Shown here: piece after piece, positions 20,378 through 30,122 of the stretch | Layout: every line of letters begins with the position of its first letter | Numbering within the stretch: the first letter of the stretch is position 1 | DNA from: an uncultured Bacteroidales bacterium | Lineage (GTDB): Bacteria > Bacteroidota > Bacteroidia > Bacteroidales > JAADJA01 | DNA length: 64,000 nucleotides | Assembly: GCA_963708435.1 (NCBI GenBank) | Contig: CAVPSZ010000023.1 | Coordinates: 72,765 to 136,764 of the forward strand | Direction: 5' to 3' | Position numbers and translations under genes: made by a program | The notes under the pieces: model-generated | Databases searched by the model: none | The model's input: only the letters and a program-made list of their open reading frames with translations | What the model was told of the DNA's origin: nothing

Positions 20378-21071
20378 ATGAAGTATAAACACATATTCAT
20401 CGATCTGGATCGTACGCTTTACGATTTTGACCTAAGCACCCGTGAAACATTCCTTGAGCTATTTGAAAAGTTTGGACTTTACAAAAGGGGAGTAGAGCCT
20501 TTTGACAAATTTTTTCAGATGTATTTGAAGAATAACGTTCAACTCTGGGAAAAATACAGAAACGGTGAAATTACCAAACGATTTCTTAATGTTCATCGCT
20601 TTCATATCACGCTGCTTGAATTCGGGATCAATGACCGGGCATTTGCCGGAAGGTTTGCAAGCGACTATGTTCGCATGAGCCCCCTTAAAAAAGCTTTATT
20701 TCCTAACGTTGCAGAAGTTCTTGAATACCTTCAGAGGAAAATACATTCTTCATATAATCACAAACGGATTTCAGGAGGTTCAAAAAGTAAAGATCGAAGC
20801 CAACGATCTGGATAAATATTTTACTACCATCACTACCTCGGAGGAAGCCGGATCGAAAAAACCGGAAAAAAAGATTTTTGAGTTTGCCTTGAAAAAAGCC
20901 AATGCCAAACCCGGTGAAAGCCTGATGATCGGTGATGACCTTGAAGTAGATATCGAAGGTGCAAAGAAAGCCGGAATAGATGGTCTGTTCTGTAATTTCG
21001 ATAACCTTTCCCATAACGGGCAGGTGACTTATGAGGTCAAAAGTTTTGCAGAAATAAAAGAAATTTTATAG
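20378..21071 (+). pseudogene. HAD-superfamily hydrolase (YjjG-like nucleotidase type), one frameshift
   Basis: Fragment 1 (20378-20815) carries FIDLDRTLYDF (the DxD motif). Fragment 2 (20709-21071) carries ILHIITNG...MIGDDLEVDIEGAKKAG. Removing one A from the A4 run at 20738-20741 gives a continuous LEYLQRKYILHIITNG. Confidence 0.8.
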
Positions 21072-21333
21072 AATTTCCAACCTTTCAATCGTTGAAAACC
21101 CATTGCGTAATTTACGTTACGTAAAATATGAAATAAACTTTATCCATATTCACTCTCTTTCAAAGTCAAAAACAACCTTTAAATACTTTTATAATAGGCT
21201 GATATGAAATAGAAAATTACTATTTGTTTTTAAAGAAGAAGAAAGAAAACTTCATATTTCGGTCATTACTTGACAAAATGCTGTATTTTTTTGCCAAAAG
21301 ATTGGGAAAATAAAGCCTTAAATAGTGAATATC

Positions 21334-22310
21334 TTAAATTGGCAAATACACCTTATCCACCATCTCCTGGTATTCTGATTCGCAATTGCTGAAGCTGGTA
21401 ATCCCACCACCGCTTTTAAAGTAGAATTCCTCTCCAATCTTTTCAATAAACCGGATCATCACTGCGCTCTCCAGTTTTTGACCATCGAAATAACCGAAAA
21501 TACCGGTAAAATATCCGCGGTTATAATTTTCAACTTCTTTGATGATTTCCACGGTTTTTTTCTTGGGAGCGCCACTGATGGAGCCTGCCGGCAACATGGT
21601 GATCAGGACATCGCCGATGTGTTCCTTCCAGTCTGGGCGGCAAATCCCCGCAAATTTTTGAGCTGGTTTGCAGCAATTCCTTTTCATGAGGTTTTGATTT
21701 TATCAATGTACCTGAACTTTTCAACCCTGCACATTTTTCGAAACCATACTCAGGTCGTTGCGGATAAGATCAACAATCGTATTGTGCTCAGCCAATTCTT
21801 TTCTATCATTCAGCAAAACAGTTTCGGCATCCTGAATTCCGGCATCAATGGTTCCTTTCATCGGGTAGGACGAAATGGTATTGCCTTCAATTTTTACAAA
21901 AGCTTCTGGCGAGAAAACGACAAATTGATCTTTATAAATAAGTTTATAGGGTGCGTTACTTAGCTCAAAAATTTCAGGAAGCGAAAGTCTGGTTTGGATT
22001 TTTGTTTTAAAGGTCAGGTTAAGCAGGTAGGTGTTTCCAAAACGGATGTGATTCATCACTTTATCAAATGCCTGCCGGTATTGATCAAGTTTGATTGGGA
22101 ATTTTTGGAAGTCAGCTTGTGATAGGGTAGGATATTTAACTTTGAAATTGCTAAAACCATGTGATATCAAAACATATTTCTTCAGGATTAACATCTTTGA
22201 ATCGGTAATAAAACAGGGTTTTCCAGTTCGAAATCGAGGATAAAAAGGAAAGGTTCGGATTTTTGCCCGAAATCATTCATCTGTTTTATTATATCTTTGG
22301 CAGCGTTCAT
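21334..22310 (-). pseudogene. pabB: aminodeoxychorismate synthase component I (short chorismate-binding enzyme), at least 2 frameshifts
   Basis: Three collinear pieces. N-terminus MNAAKDIIKQMNDFGQKSEPFLFILDFELENPVLLPIQ (from the ATG at 22310, own translation). 21721-22194 carries SPEAFVKIEGNTISSYPMKGT...ELAEHNTIVDLIRNDL. 21334-21687 carries SGAPKKKTVEIIKEVENYNRGYFTGIFGYF...KSGGGIT. It is divergent from pabA. Confidence 0.75.
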
Positions 22311-22345
22311 AGCAAACTGACGGCAAATTTAGCTTTTCCGGCTCA

Positions 22346-22915
22346 ATGAAGGTATTGATCATCGATAATAACGACTCTTTCACTTACAACCTGGCACAAC
22401 TTGTTGAACAAGCCGGTTTTGGCTATCCTGAAATCATCAAAACAAACCAATTAAACCTTGAAAGTGTCAGCAGCTTTAATAAAATCCTGATTTCACCTGG
22501 ACCGGGTTTACCAAAGGACTTCCCAAACCTTTTTCGTCTGCTTGACCTGTACTCATCTTCCAAAAGCATCCTGGGTGTTTGTCTTGGGCACCAGGCAATA
22601 GCAGCATTTTTCGGAGCGAAGCTTTTCAATATGAACATGGTCTACCATGGTGTGATCAAGAAGGTCAACATCCTGAAACCTGACGATTACCTTTTTAAAG
22701 ATATTCCGGATGGTTTCGAAGGCGGATTGTATCATTCCTGGGCTGTATCGGAAATGGATTTCCCACCGGAACTTCAAATTACCGCAAAAGCTGATGATGG
22801 CATCATTATGTCGTTATCACATCGTACTTTTGATGTCGGTGGAATTCAGTTTCATCCCGAATCTATCATGACAAAATCCGGATCCGCTATCATAATAAAC
22901 TGGCTGAAGAATTAG
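22346..22915 (+). CDS. pabA: aminodeoxychorismate/anthranilate synthase component II (glutamine amidotransferase)
   Basis: 189 aa with MKVLIIDNNDSFTYNL, GVCLGHQAI (catalytic Cys) and IQFHPES (catalytic His/Glu). Confidence 0.85.
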   Translation: MKVLIIDNNDSFTYNLAQLVEQAGFGYPEIIKTNQLNLESVSSFNKILISPGPGLPKDFPNLFRLLDLYSSSKSILGVCLGHQAIAAFFGAKLFNMNMVYHGVIKKVNILKPDDYLFKDIPDGFEGGLYHSWAVSEMDFPPELQITAKADDGIIMSLSHRTFDVGGIQFHPESIMTKSGSAIIINWLKN

Positions 22916-22971
22916 AATTTCCTTCTTTTAACTAAATTTGTCTGTTTGTCAAATGGGTTTGGCTACAACGA

Positions 22972-24306
22972 ATGTCAATTCGTATTTTATATATTGCTGC
23001 AATAATTCTCCTATCATGTCAAGTTGCCTTGTCACAGGATCAGTATGTTATCAAAGGAAGAATTATAGATAAAACTTCCAGTGTCCCCATTAGTGATGTA
23101 AATATCAAATTGAGGGATTTACCGGTTGGAACAACAACTTCTAAAGAAGGCCTTTTTACCATTTCAGTTGAAGCATTACCAGTAACACTTATTATCTCCC
23201 ATATAAGCTTCCAGACTAAAATTGTCGAAATCGCTGATCTTAATGAGCAGGAAATTTTCATTTCACTCGAAAGAAAGACTGAAGAACTTGATGAGATTGT
23301 AATTTCAGGTACTAAAGTTGAATCTGTTTATAAGGATGATGTTTATTCCGTTCTTGACTATGAATTCCTGGATGATGATATCCTTCTTTTGGTTTACAGA
23401 AATTCTTTTTCAAAAGAGCTGATCCTTTTAGATCCGTTCAATGATACAATTACCAAACTCAATACGGCAAAAATTAAACCGGCATCAATTTTTAAGGATT
23501 GTTTTAATGCAGTTCATGTTTTAGGTAAAGATTCCGCTTACCAGCTTTACTTTCATGATGGGCGAATCGACCTGATCTATCCAACCCAAGTTGATGAGTT
23601 TAAGAAATTGATGTTCCCTTGTATCACTCAGCTTAATGATAATATCTATTTTAAACTGACTTTTTTTAATGAACTGGTAGTTGAATATCGATATGCAAAA
23701 GAAAGAGAAGGCCAATTGCATCTTTTAAGACGGATTGTCGATTCGGTAAAAACAGATTTGATCAATTCCAATCCATACATGAGGAGTTTGTTGAATATAG
23801 GTTTGTATAATGGTTCTGAAGAAAGAATTTTAAACATGAGAGACTATACAGCTATGGATGATCAGATTAAAATGATGAATGAACTAAGGACCGCGGAATT
23901 TGAGGCTCATTACCTGCGGAAAATTATTTTAACTCCGGTTTTTGCGCCAATTGTAAAATTGAGAGATACCCTTGTGATCTTCAATCATCCTCAAGGTCAA
24001 ATTGAGTTTTATTCACCCGATAATAGGTTAACCAGGACAGTGAAGATTAATTATGCTGATGATCCTGACTGGGTGAAAGAAATAATTGCAGATCAGATTT
24101 CCAGCAATGTCTATTGCCTTTTTTTAAAATCAGGAGTTTATAAAATCAGAAAGGTAAACACCCGGAATGGCCAAATAGAGCAAATTTTAAGAATTTATTA
24201 TCCATTTGTAAAGGAAATAAAAGTCAGAGATGGGTACATATTTTATATTTATAAAGGAATAGGCGAAGGAGGCAATTCAAAACTTTTTCGCCAAAAACTG
24301 AATTAA
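22972..24306 (+). CDS. hypothetical protein with N-terminal carboxypeptidase-regulatory-like domain
   Basis: Signal peptide, then VIKGRIIDKTSSVPISDVNIKLRDLPVGTTTSKEGLFTI (CarboxypepD_reg-like). I do not recognise the rest. Confidence 0.5.
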   Translation: MSIRILYIAAIILLSCQVALSQDQYVIKGRIIDKTSSVPISDVNIKLRDLPVGTTTSKEGLFTISVEALPVTLIISHISFQTKIVEIADLNEQEIFISLERKTEELDEIVISGTKVESVYKDDVYSVLDYEFLDDDILLLVYRNSFSKELILLDPFNDTITKLNTAKIKPASIFKDCFNAVHVLGKDSAYQLYFHDGRIDLIYPTQVDEFKKLMFPCITQLNDNIYFKLTFFNELVVEYRYAKEREGQLHLLRRIVDSVKTDLINSNPYMRSLLNIGLYNGSEERILNMRDYTAMDDQIKMMNELRTAEFEAHYLRKIILTPVFAPIVKLRDTLVIFNHPQGQIEFYSPDNRLTRTVKINYADDPDWVKEIIADQISSNVYCLFLKSGVYKIRKVNTRNGQIEQILRIYYPFVKEIKVRDGYIFYIYKGIGEGGNSKLFRQKLN

Positions 24307-24416
24307 TACCAAATTCTGTTATATCCGATAAAAGTTGACAGAATTTGTTGCTTTGGTTAATTTCGTAATCGGCCTAAGGCATAGATAATTGGACTTTTAA
24401 ATATTTCCAATCCATA

Positions 24417-24953
24417 TTATTCTTTAATACACCGGACACTGAAATAATAATGCTTTTTCACAGTTGAACGATTTATATTGGTTTTATTAACATCGAATTG
24501 ACGCATCCAGGCTGTTGTTTCATTGAATGAAGTGGAAGTCCAGTAATATCCATTAATGTGGAGGTAACTAAAAACATCCAGCAAGTCATTATAATTTCCG
24601 CCCGGCAAAGCCTTAAATCCTGATTTTCCCCTTGTCAGTAAATTTCTACCTGCTATATCGCTTCCGCCTGATTCTCCTGCTAAAATTGTCCATTCCTCAT
24701 CTGTAGGAAGCCTGAATCCTTGCGGACAGATCGTAATTGCTGCTTCCCAATTATAAAGTCTGCCAAAATCCTTACAGTTTTGCAGTAAATCTTTGTAACA
24801 GCGGCTACCGGATGAATCGATGTCAAGGTTTTTGGCCATCCAAACCTGGTCGCCGATTTGTATGGTTTCATATTCCTGAGCAATGAGATTACAAGTGATT
24901 CCAAGGAATATTAAAATCCCAAATTCCTTTTTCATACCCCAAATTAAAATCAA
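24417..24953 (-). CDS. FISUMP (Fibrobacter succinogenes major paralogous) domain protein
   Basis: IGDQVWMAKNL...GRLYNWEAA...CPQGFRLPTDEEW..L...GYYWTST...VRC matches the TIGR02145 pattern. Confidence 0.75.
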   Translation of the reverse strand: MILIWGMKKEFGILIFLGITCNLIAQEYETIQIGDQVWMAKNLDIDSSGSRCYKDLLQNCKDFGRLYNWEAAITICPQGFRLPTDEEWTILAGESGGSDIAGRNLLTRGKSGFKALPGGNYNDLLDVFSYLHINGYYWTSTSFNETTAWMRQFDVNKTNINRSTVKKHYYFSVRCIKE

Positions 24954-24992
24954 ATAACCCTTCGAACATCAAACTTTGAACTTCGAACTATT

Positions 24993-25358
24993 TTAATTGT
25001 CCACATAATCCTGTTTCATGACCAGGAAATAAAAATCATCCTCGATAGGGAGGTACCCGAATTCATAACAATAATAATAGATTTTGCCGGCTTTAGTCTT
25101 GTAAGTGTTGGTATAATAGTCAAAATTAAAGCCCTTGTCTTTCAGTTTCTGAAAGTGAACTTTGGCTTTTCCTGTGGGATTTAATTCTTCAAGAACACGA
25201 CGATTTTTCCTTAGAATACCGTTGACATTTCTTACGAAATTATTGCTATCCTGCTTCTTTCGGTTATTGTAAGTGTTCCGGCATTGATCCGAACAAAACT
25301 TTTTATCCGAGCGGCCTGTGATCTCGTAGCCACACTCGGGACATTTTGCTTTTTCCAT
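24993..25358 (-). CDS. hypothetical zinc-ribbon protein
   Basis: N-terminal CPECGYEITGRSDKKFCSDQC four-Cys ribbon followed by a basic region. Confidence 0.4.
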   Translation of the reverse strand: MEKAKCPECGYEITGRSDKKFCSDQCRNTYNNRKKQDSNNFVRNVNGILRKNRRVLEELNPTGKAKVHFQKLKDKGFNFDYYTNTYKTKAGKIYYYCYEFGYLPIEDDFYFLVMKQDYVDN

Positions 25359-25378
25359 AACCTGTTTGGTTTAAATGT

Positions 25379-25858
25379 TTATTCTTTTTCCCTCATTCTT
25401 ATATATCTGAATTTCATCTTTTCTGCTTTTCCATTCAGTATTCCCTGGATGGTTCCTGTCAGTGAATCATCCGAAGCTAATTCGTAAGTAATCATTTGCG
25501 GGAAATCATGGGTCTTGTTTTCAAAGACAACCTTATCCCTGCCTGATTCAATGAGCTTAAAGGGGACCGGTTTTTCCTTATTCTGTCCTCTCACAGTTGC
25601 CTCGAAATATGTTTCACCATCTCTCTCCGTTATTCTGATTTTCTCCATTACAAGGAGTTCTTTGCCTAATGGTTTATAAACTGTTGCCCGGTAAAGTTCG
25701 CCGTCTTTTTCCCACTTTTCGATTGTGGTGCTGTTTTCGAGTTTCCATTTCCCTGGCAGCCTGTCGAAAAAATCTTTCGATAAGGATGATTCTTTTACTT
25801 CCGGCGACGAACAGGCGAAAACTAGAAAGCTGAATAATATTAGGTGGTATTTTTTCAT
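25379..25858 (-). CDS. hypothetical lipoprotein
   Basis: Lipobox VFAC at the N-terminus and a small beta-rich body with the motif NKTHDFPQMITYE. Confidence 0.45.
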   Translation of the reverse strand: MKKYHLILFSFLVFACSSPEVKESSLSKDFFDRLPGKWKLENSTTIEKWEKDGELYRATVYKPLGKELLVMEKIRITERDGETYFEATVRGQNKEKPVPFKLIESGRDKVVFENKTHDFPQMITYELASDDSLTGTIQGILNGKAEKMKFRYIRMREKE

Positions 25859-25887
25859 TTTTATTTTTTTCGTTTTTCTGAAAATGG

Positions 25888-26283
25888 TTATTGCTTTTCA
25901 ATCCTGAATTCGGGGTTATAAATTAATCCAATGATGTTGCCCCACGGGTCTTTAACACTGGCGACCACGATTTCTCCTCCCACATTGGTTGGTTTTTCAT
26001 ATTCAACCGCACCTGATTCTAAAAACCGGTTGTACTCTTTCTCTATATCGTTTACACCCCAAAAAGCAACCACGCTTTCAGGTTTTTCAGTTGGTGGGTT
26101 TTCGTCCGGCTGAAGTCCAAGTTCATAACCTCCGATATTAAAACCAACATAAAAGGGTTCATCAAAGTAGGGTTCGGTCTGAAAGGCTTTTGCATACCAT
26201 TCTTTTGCTTTGGCAATGTCTCCGACTTTGTAACTCACTGTCCTCAATCCGAGGATGGGTGTCTGATTTGCTGTCTTATCCAT
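25888..26283 (-). CDS. VOC (glyoxalase/bleomycin-resistance fold) family protein
   Basis: 131 aa with a typical paired beta-alpha-beta-beta-beta pattern (...VSYKVGDIAKAKEWY...VKDPWGNIIGL). Confidence 0.6.
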   Translation of the reverse strand: MDKTANQTPILGLRTVSYKVGDIAKAKEWYAKAFQTEPYFDEPFYVGFNIGGYELGLQPDENPPTEKPESVVAFWGVNDIEKEYNRFLESGAVEYEKPTNVGGEIVVASVKDPWGNIIGLIYNPEFRIEKQ

Positions 26284-26563
26284 AGTTATTTGATTTGTGT
26301 TTTCCTATGAAAAAATATTCAATGAAATTAAAAGTGTTAATCCTGATATTAGAAGTTTGTTTTTCATTTATTTTTTTTAACCGCCCGCAGCTTTGCTGCG
26401 TGCCGCTTTTGTACCTTTATGTTTGTTGAGTTTTATGCTGCGTAAATTTGCAATTTCTTGTCTTGATGACCACTATGTGCGGCATGCAATATGAGCCGCT
26501 ATTAGGGGTATGTGCTTTTACCTTTCTTCAATTTTTTAATCAATTAATTCAATATGCTGTACT

Positions 26564-27847
26564 TTAAATTATAAATTCATAATTAAGTATTTCATTTTTT
26601 CTCTGTACTTCAAATGTCAATTTAGTACCAGGTTTTGAATACTCAAAAGACCTTAGTTCGTCATTTGTAATCTCACCTGATGGTTTATCATTAATTTTTA
26701 ATATTGTGTCACCTAACTGGATACCAGCTTCGACCGCTGGTGAAGATTCGTACAACGAATTAACGTATAGTAATTTCGAATCTGATGTTCTGTAAAGTTT
26801 CATGCCAAGGTTAAATAGATTATGAAGTTTTGAGTATTCGTTATTTGGTTTTACATAAAACATGGAATTTCGATAATCAAAAATTACTTGAAATTTCCGG
26901 AAGAATTCATTACCCAGAAACCCGATTTGTTGAGGAGCAATTCTAAAATCCAGTATATTTACCTCTTCATTTTGGAAGGTTAAAGAATCAAGCATTGAAA
27001 TATTGCTTGTGTTAATTATTTTCCGCAGAATTGTCTTTTGAGGATTCCATGACAATGATTTGGTATTAAATATTCTCAAATCTTGAGGAATATCTACCGG
27101 GACAACGGAACCTTTATTATCCTTTAAAGCACGTTTACCTGTCTGCAAGTATAAAAACCCAGGTGCTCCAATATCTAAAACCAATTCTCCATTGAGCTTA
27201 ATATTATGGTTTATCGTGGATATTTCAACATCAGTTGGAACTGTAAAATATGTTACTGGATTACCCATAAATGGGAACGAGGTATATTGTTCTTTAATGC
27301 TATCAAGTTTGTCTTGAGACAGTATTCTGAAATATTGGTGTTCAAGATCCATTAAAACGATGTTGTTTTCAAAAAACCAATATGCAGGAAAAAGTGCGTC
27401 AGTATTTAACCTTGTTTTCGATAAATCTGCAACGTCGATACGCATATTACCACCAATGTTCATTCCCAAAGCACTAAATTTTAGCTCACCTCTCATTTGA
27501 CTGTTTATGTTAATAACTCCTCCCGGTGTTATGGTTCGTCTTTTGGTTTCTTCAAAACTAACTCCAAGTTTATCTTTATTTAAACTGGTAAACGTGCTAT
27601 CAAATAATGGACTTTGTGCCCCAGTATCGAATAATAGAGATGTTTCAACAGAGTCGTTTATGATTGCTTGAACAATAATATGTCTGCCATTGAAATGAAA
27701 TTTGTAAGAATCCTCGGGGTAAATGAAAGCATTCTCTGATTTCTTATTCTCTTGGATTGTTTGGTTATTTGGTGAGGAAGAACACCCTGCTAAAATTATA
27801 AATATGATAATACAGAAGATAATTCTCATGGTTAGAAGTTTATTCAA
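26564..27847 (-). CDS. lipoprotein with retropepsin-like aspartyl protease domain and C-terminal PDZ domain
   Basis: Lipobox LAGCSS. LLFDTGAQSP (D-T-G active-site motif). A second pseudo-lobe motif LVLDIGAPGF. C-terminal PDZ-like AGIQLGDTILKINDKP. Confidence 0.65.
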   Translation of the reverse strand: MNKLLTMRIIFCIIIFIILAGCSSSPNNQTIQENKKSENAFIYPEDSYKFHFNGRHIIVQAIINDSVETSLLFDTGAQSPLFDSTFTSLNKDKLGVSFEETKRRTITPGGVININSQMRGELKFSALGMNIGGNMRIDVADLSKTRLNTDALFPAYWFFENNIVLMDLEHQYFRILSQDKLDSIKEQYTSFPFMGNPVTYFTVPTDVEISTINHNIKLNGELVLDIGAPGFLYLQTGKRALKDNKGSVVPVDIPQDLRIFNTKSLSWNPQKTILRKIINTSNISMLDSLTFQNEEVNILDFRIAPQQIGFLGNEFFRKFQVIFDYRNSMFYVKPNNEYSKLHNLFNLGMKLYRTSDSKLLYVNSLYESSPAVEAGIQLGDTILKINDKPSGEITNDELRSFEYSKPGTKLTFEVQRKNEILNYEFII

Positions 27848-27891
27848 TTTTATTCTTAATCACCGTGCTCATTGAATCATTATTACCGCTG

Positions 27892-29361
27892 TTAAGGCAC
27901 GTTATTCATTAATTCTATTAAATCATTTTTCCCAAAATCGAAATATCCATCCTTTATTATTTTTCCGGATTTATCGAATATTGCATAATGTGGTATTGCA
28001 CTAAAGTGCAATATTTCTTTTAAATCATTGCTTTGTTTCCTATCTAAACAAAAATGCATTCCTCCCAACTCATGAATTTTCACTAAATTTTGCCAGCGTT
28101 CATAATCTGTGATCCCATTCAAACAGAAGTAAACAAATTCTACATCCAGACCATTGAAAATATTAAACATTTGTTTCATTTTAGGAAATGCTTCAATGCA
28201 TGGACTACAAAAAGTTCCCCAACAATCAATTACAATTACTTTATTTCTATTGATTTCAAAAATTGTATCTAAAATAGTGCTAATTGATAATTCTTTTAGA
28301 GTATCTGCGAAAACAATTGATTTTGCCGGATTTTCAATTTTGCTTTTTGTTGAATAATAAAGTTCATTTAAATTTTCTTTAAGGAAGAAAGTAGAAATTT
28401 CATGTTCGCTTGTTGATATGAAATTTTTATATGGTTTTAAATTTCCCGTATTAATTTTTGATGAAAGCCAATATGACAAAACAAGTTCTTTCGTAAACTC
28501 CCCTTTTGAATGTTTAATAATACCATCAATAAAAATCGAATCAGATCTATGATCATTATCGTCAAAGAGTTTCAATAATTCACTATTCTCTTCAATTATT
28601 TTAGGTTTTATTGAACCTTCAAAGTATTCTGGAATAAATAAATTTAAGTTGTATGCAGCTGCTATCATATCTTTAGTTATTGGTAGCAACCTCTCCTGAA
28701 ATCTGTAAAAATCATTTCCAGTTTTAATATCTCTTCGATAAATGGGAAACCAATACATGTTATGAAAGTAGAGCTTGGAAGCATACCACTTCATCCAATT
28801 CTCAGTTTCAACCGAAGGATGATGTCCCTTTGTGAATGTTTCACATAACCGCATGGATTTCTTTTGAACACTATCCATAAACAAGATAAAAAGTGGAGCG
28901 CTCATATTATCCCGAGCTTCTTCAATCTGTTTTCTATCTATTGAATTAGCACTTACATACTCTTGGAAATTTATTATAAATTGGTTTTCCATAATTCTAT
29001 CGCCACTTATAAACAAAGTATTCCAGAAATCAGATTTACCATATTCAAACTCAATATGAATATTGTCTCCGGGATGAGTAAGGATGGAAAAGTTCGCCTG
29101 GTTTGCAATTAATCGAAAATCACTCGGGGTATTATTATTAAATGAATAAGTAAATTGTCCAAGGCTGTCAAGTATTAATGTCTCAATTTTATCTTCAATA
29201 CATAACTTCGGTGCGAAGATTCTTATCTCATTATTTTCCGACTTGAAATCAATTATTTTTCCTGTTATCGTAATTGATGTTTTTTCCTTATTTTCTTTTG
29301 AAGTATGGCATGAATATAAAACAAGAAGGAGAAAACAAAGAAATATGTTTAGTTGCTTCAT
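27892..29361 (-). CDS. TlpA-like thioredoxin-fold protein with long N-terminal domain
   Basis: Signal/lipoprotein start (LLVLYSC). The C-terminal thioredoxin domain has VIVIDCWGTFCSPCIEAFPKM (a CxxC motif). Confidence 0.7.
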   Translation of the reverse strand: MKQLNIFLCFLLLVLYSCHTSKENKEKTSITITGKIIDFKSENNEIRIFAPKLCIEDKIETLILDSLGQFTYSFNNNTPSDFRLIANQANFSILTHPGDNIHIEFEYGKSDFWNTLFISGDRIMENQFIINFQEYVSANSIDRKQIEEARDNMSAPLFILFMDSVQKKSMRLCETFTKGHHPSVETENWMKWYASKLYFHNMYWFPIYRRDIKTGNDFYRFQERLLPITKDMIAAAYNLNLFIPEYFEGSIKPKIIEENSELLKLFDDNDHRSDSIFIDGIIKHSKGEFTKELVLSYWLSSKINTGNLKPYKNFISTSEHEISTFFLKENLNELYYSTKSKIENPAKSIVFADTLKELSISTILDTIFEINRNKVIVIDCWGTFCSPCIEAFPKMKQMFNIFNGLDVEFVYFCLNGITDYERWQNLVKIHELGGMHFCLDRKQSNDLKEILHFSAIPHYAIFDKSGKIIKDGYFDFGKNDLIELMNNVP

Positions 29362-29560
29362 TTCATTTTAAATTTAATGTGCCTTAACTCGTTTTTTTTA
29401 CACCTGTAAATTCTCCCCCAAAATTATAAAACATTTCTTGAAAATCAACAAAATAATCGTGTTTACCCAAGTGCACACGCTTACAAACGAATGTTAAACG
29501 AATACAAATGATTAATAACCGAATCAGGTGGCGGGGTGGGGGTAATTTTGCTTCAACAAA

Positions 29561-29602
29561 TTCAGTTCAGGGTTCAGAGTTCTGGGTTTTGAGTTCAAAG
29601 TT
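29561..29602 (+). repeat. degenerate heptamer array (GTTCAGR)n upstream of the four-helix-bundle gene
   Basis: Reads ttcaGTTCAGgGTTCAGaGTTCTGgGTTTTGaGTTCAAaGTT, with 7-nt periodicity. An inverted counterpart lies at 30046-30078. Confidence 0.7.
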
Positions 29603-29630
29603 TTTAACAGAAATAAAATAAATAGAAATC

Positions 29631-30020
29631 ATGGCAAAGTTTAAAAAGTTCGAAGAAATTGAATGCTGGAAAAAAGCAAGGGCTTTTTCGCAGATGATAT
29701 ATTCTGAATCTTCTAACGAGAGGTTCACAAAAGATTTTGTTTTAACCTGGCAAATTAAAGCTTCCTCAGGCTCCATAATGGATAATATAGCCGAAGGATT
29801 TGAACGCGGTGGAAATAAAGAATTTATACACTTTCTTTATATTTCAAAAGGCTCCGCTGCTGAAACTAAATCACAATTATACAGAGCCTTGGATCAAAAG
29901 TATATTTCAAAAGAATTATTTGCAACACTATATTCTAAAGCCGATGAAATCGGTAATATGATAGGAAGTTTGATTAAGTATTTAAAAACAACTGAATTCA
30001 AAGGAGTCAAATTTAAATAA
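29631..30020 (+). CDS. four-helix-bundle protein (TIGR02436, 23S rRNA intervening-sequence protein family)
   Basis: 129 aa. FEEIECWKKARAF...SSGSIMDNIAEGFERGGNKEFIHFLYISKGSAAETKSQLY is the family signature. Confidence 0.85.
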   Translation: MAKFKKFEEIECWKKARAFSQMIYSESSNERFTKDFVLTWQIKASSGSIMDNIAEGFERGGNKEFIHFLYISKGSAAETKSQLYRALDQKYISKELFATLYSKADEIGNMIGSLIKYLKTTEFKGVKFK

Positions 30021-30045
30021 AACCTTAGGGTTGAGTACTAAGGTC

Positions 30046-30078
30046 AACTCAGAACTTAGAACCCAAAACACGGAACAT
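30046..30078 (-). repeat. inverted heptamer array downstream of the four-helix-bundle gene
   Basis: The plus strand reads aactCAGAACtTAGAACcCAAAACaCGGAAC. Its reverse complement is GTTCCGt GTTTTGg GTTCTAa GTTCTGa, the same heptamer family as 29561-29602 in opposite orientation. It is preceded by the hairpin CCTTAG-N9-CTAAGG (30023-30043). Confidence 0.65.
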
Positions 30079-30122
30079 CTTTTTAACAAACATATTTTAC
30101 TAACAATTAAATTTTTACAATT

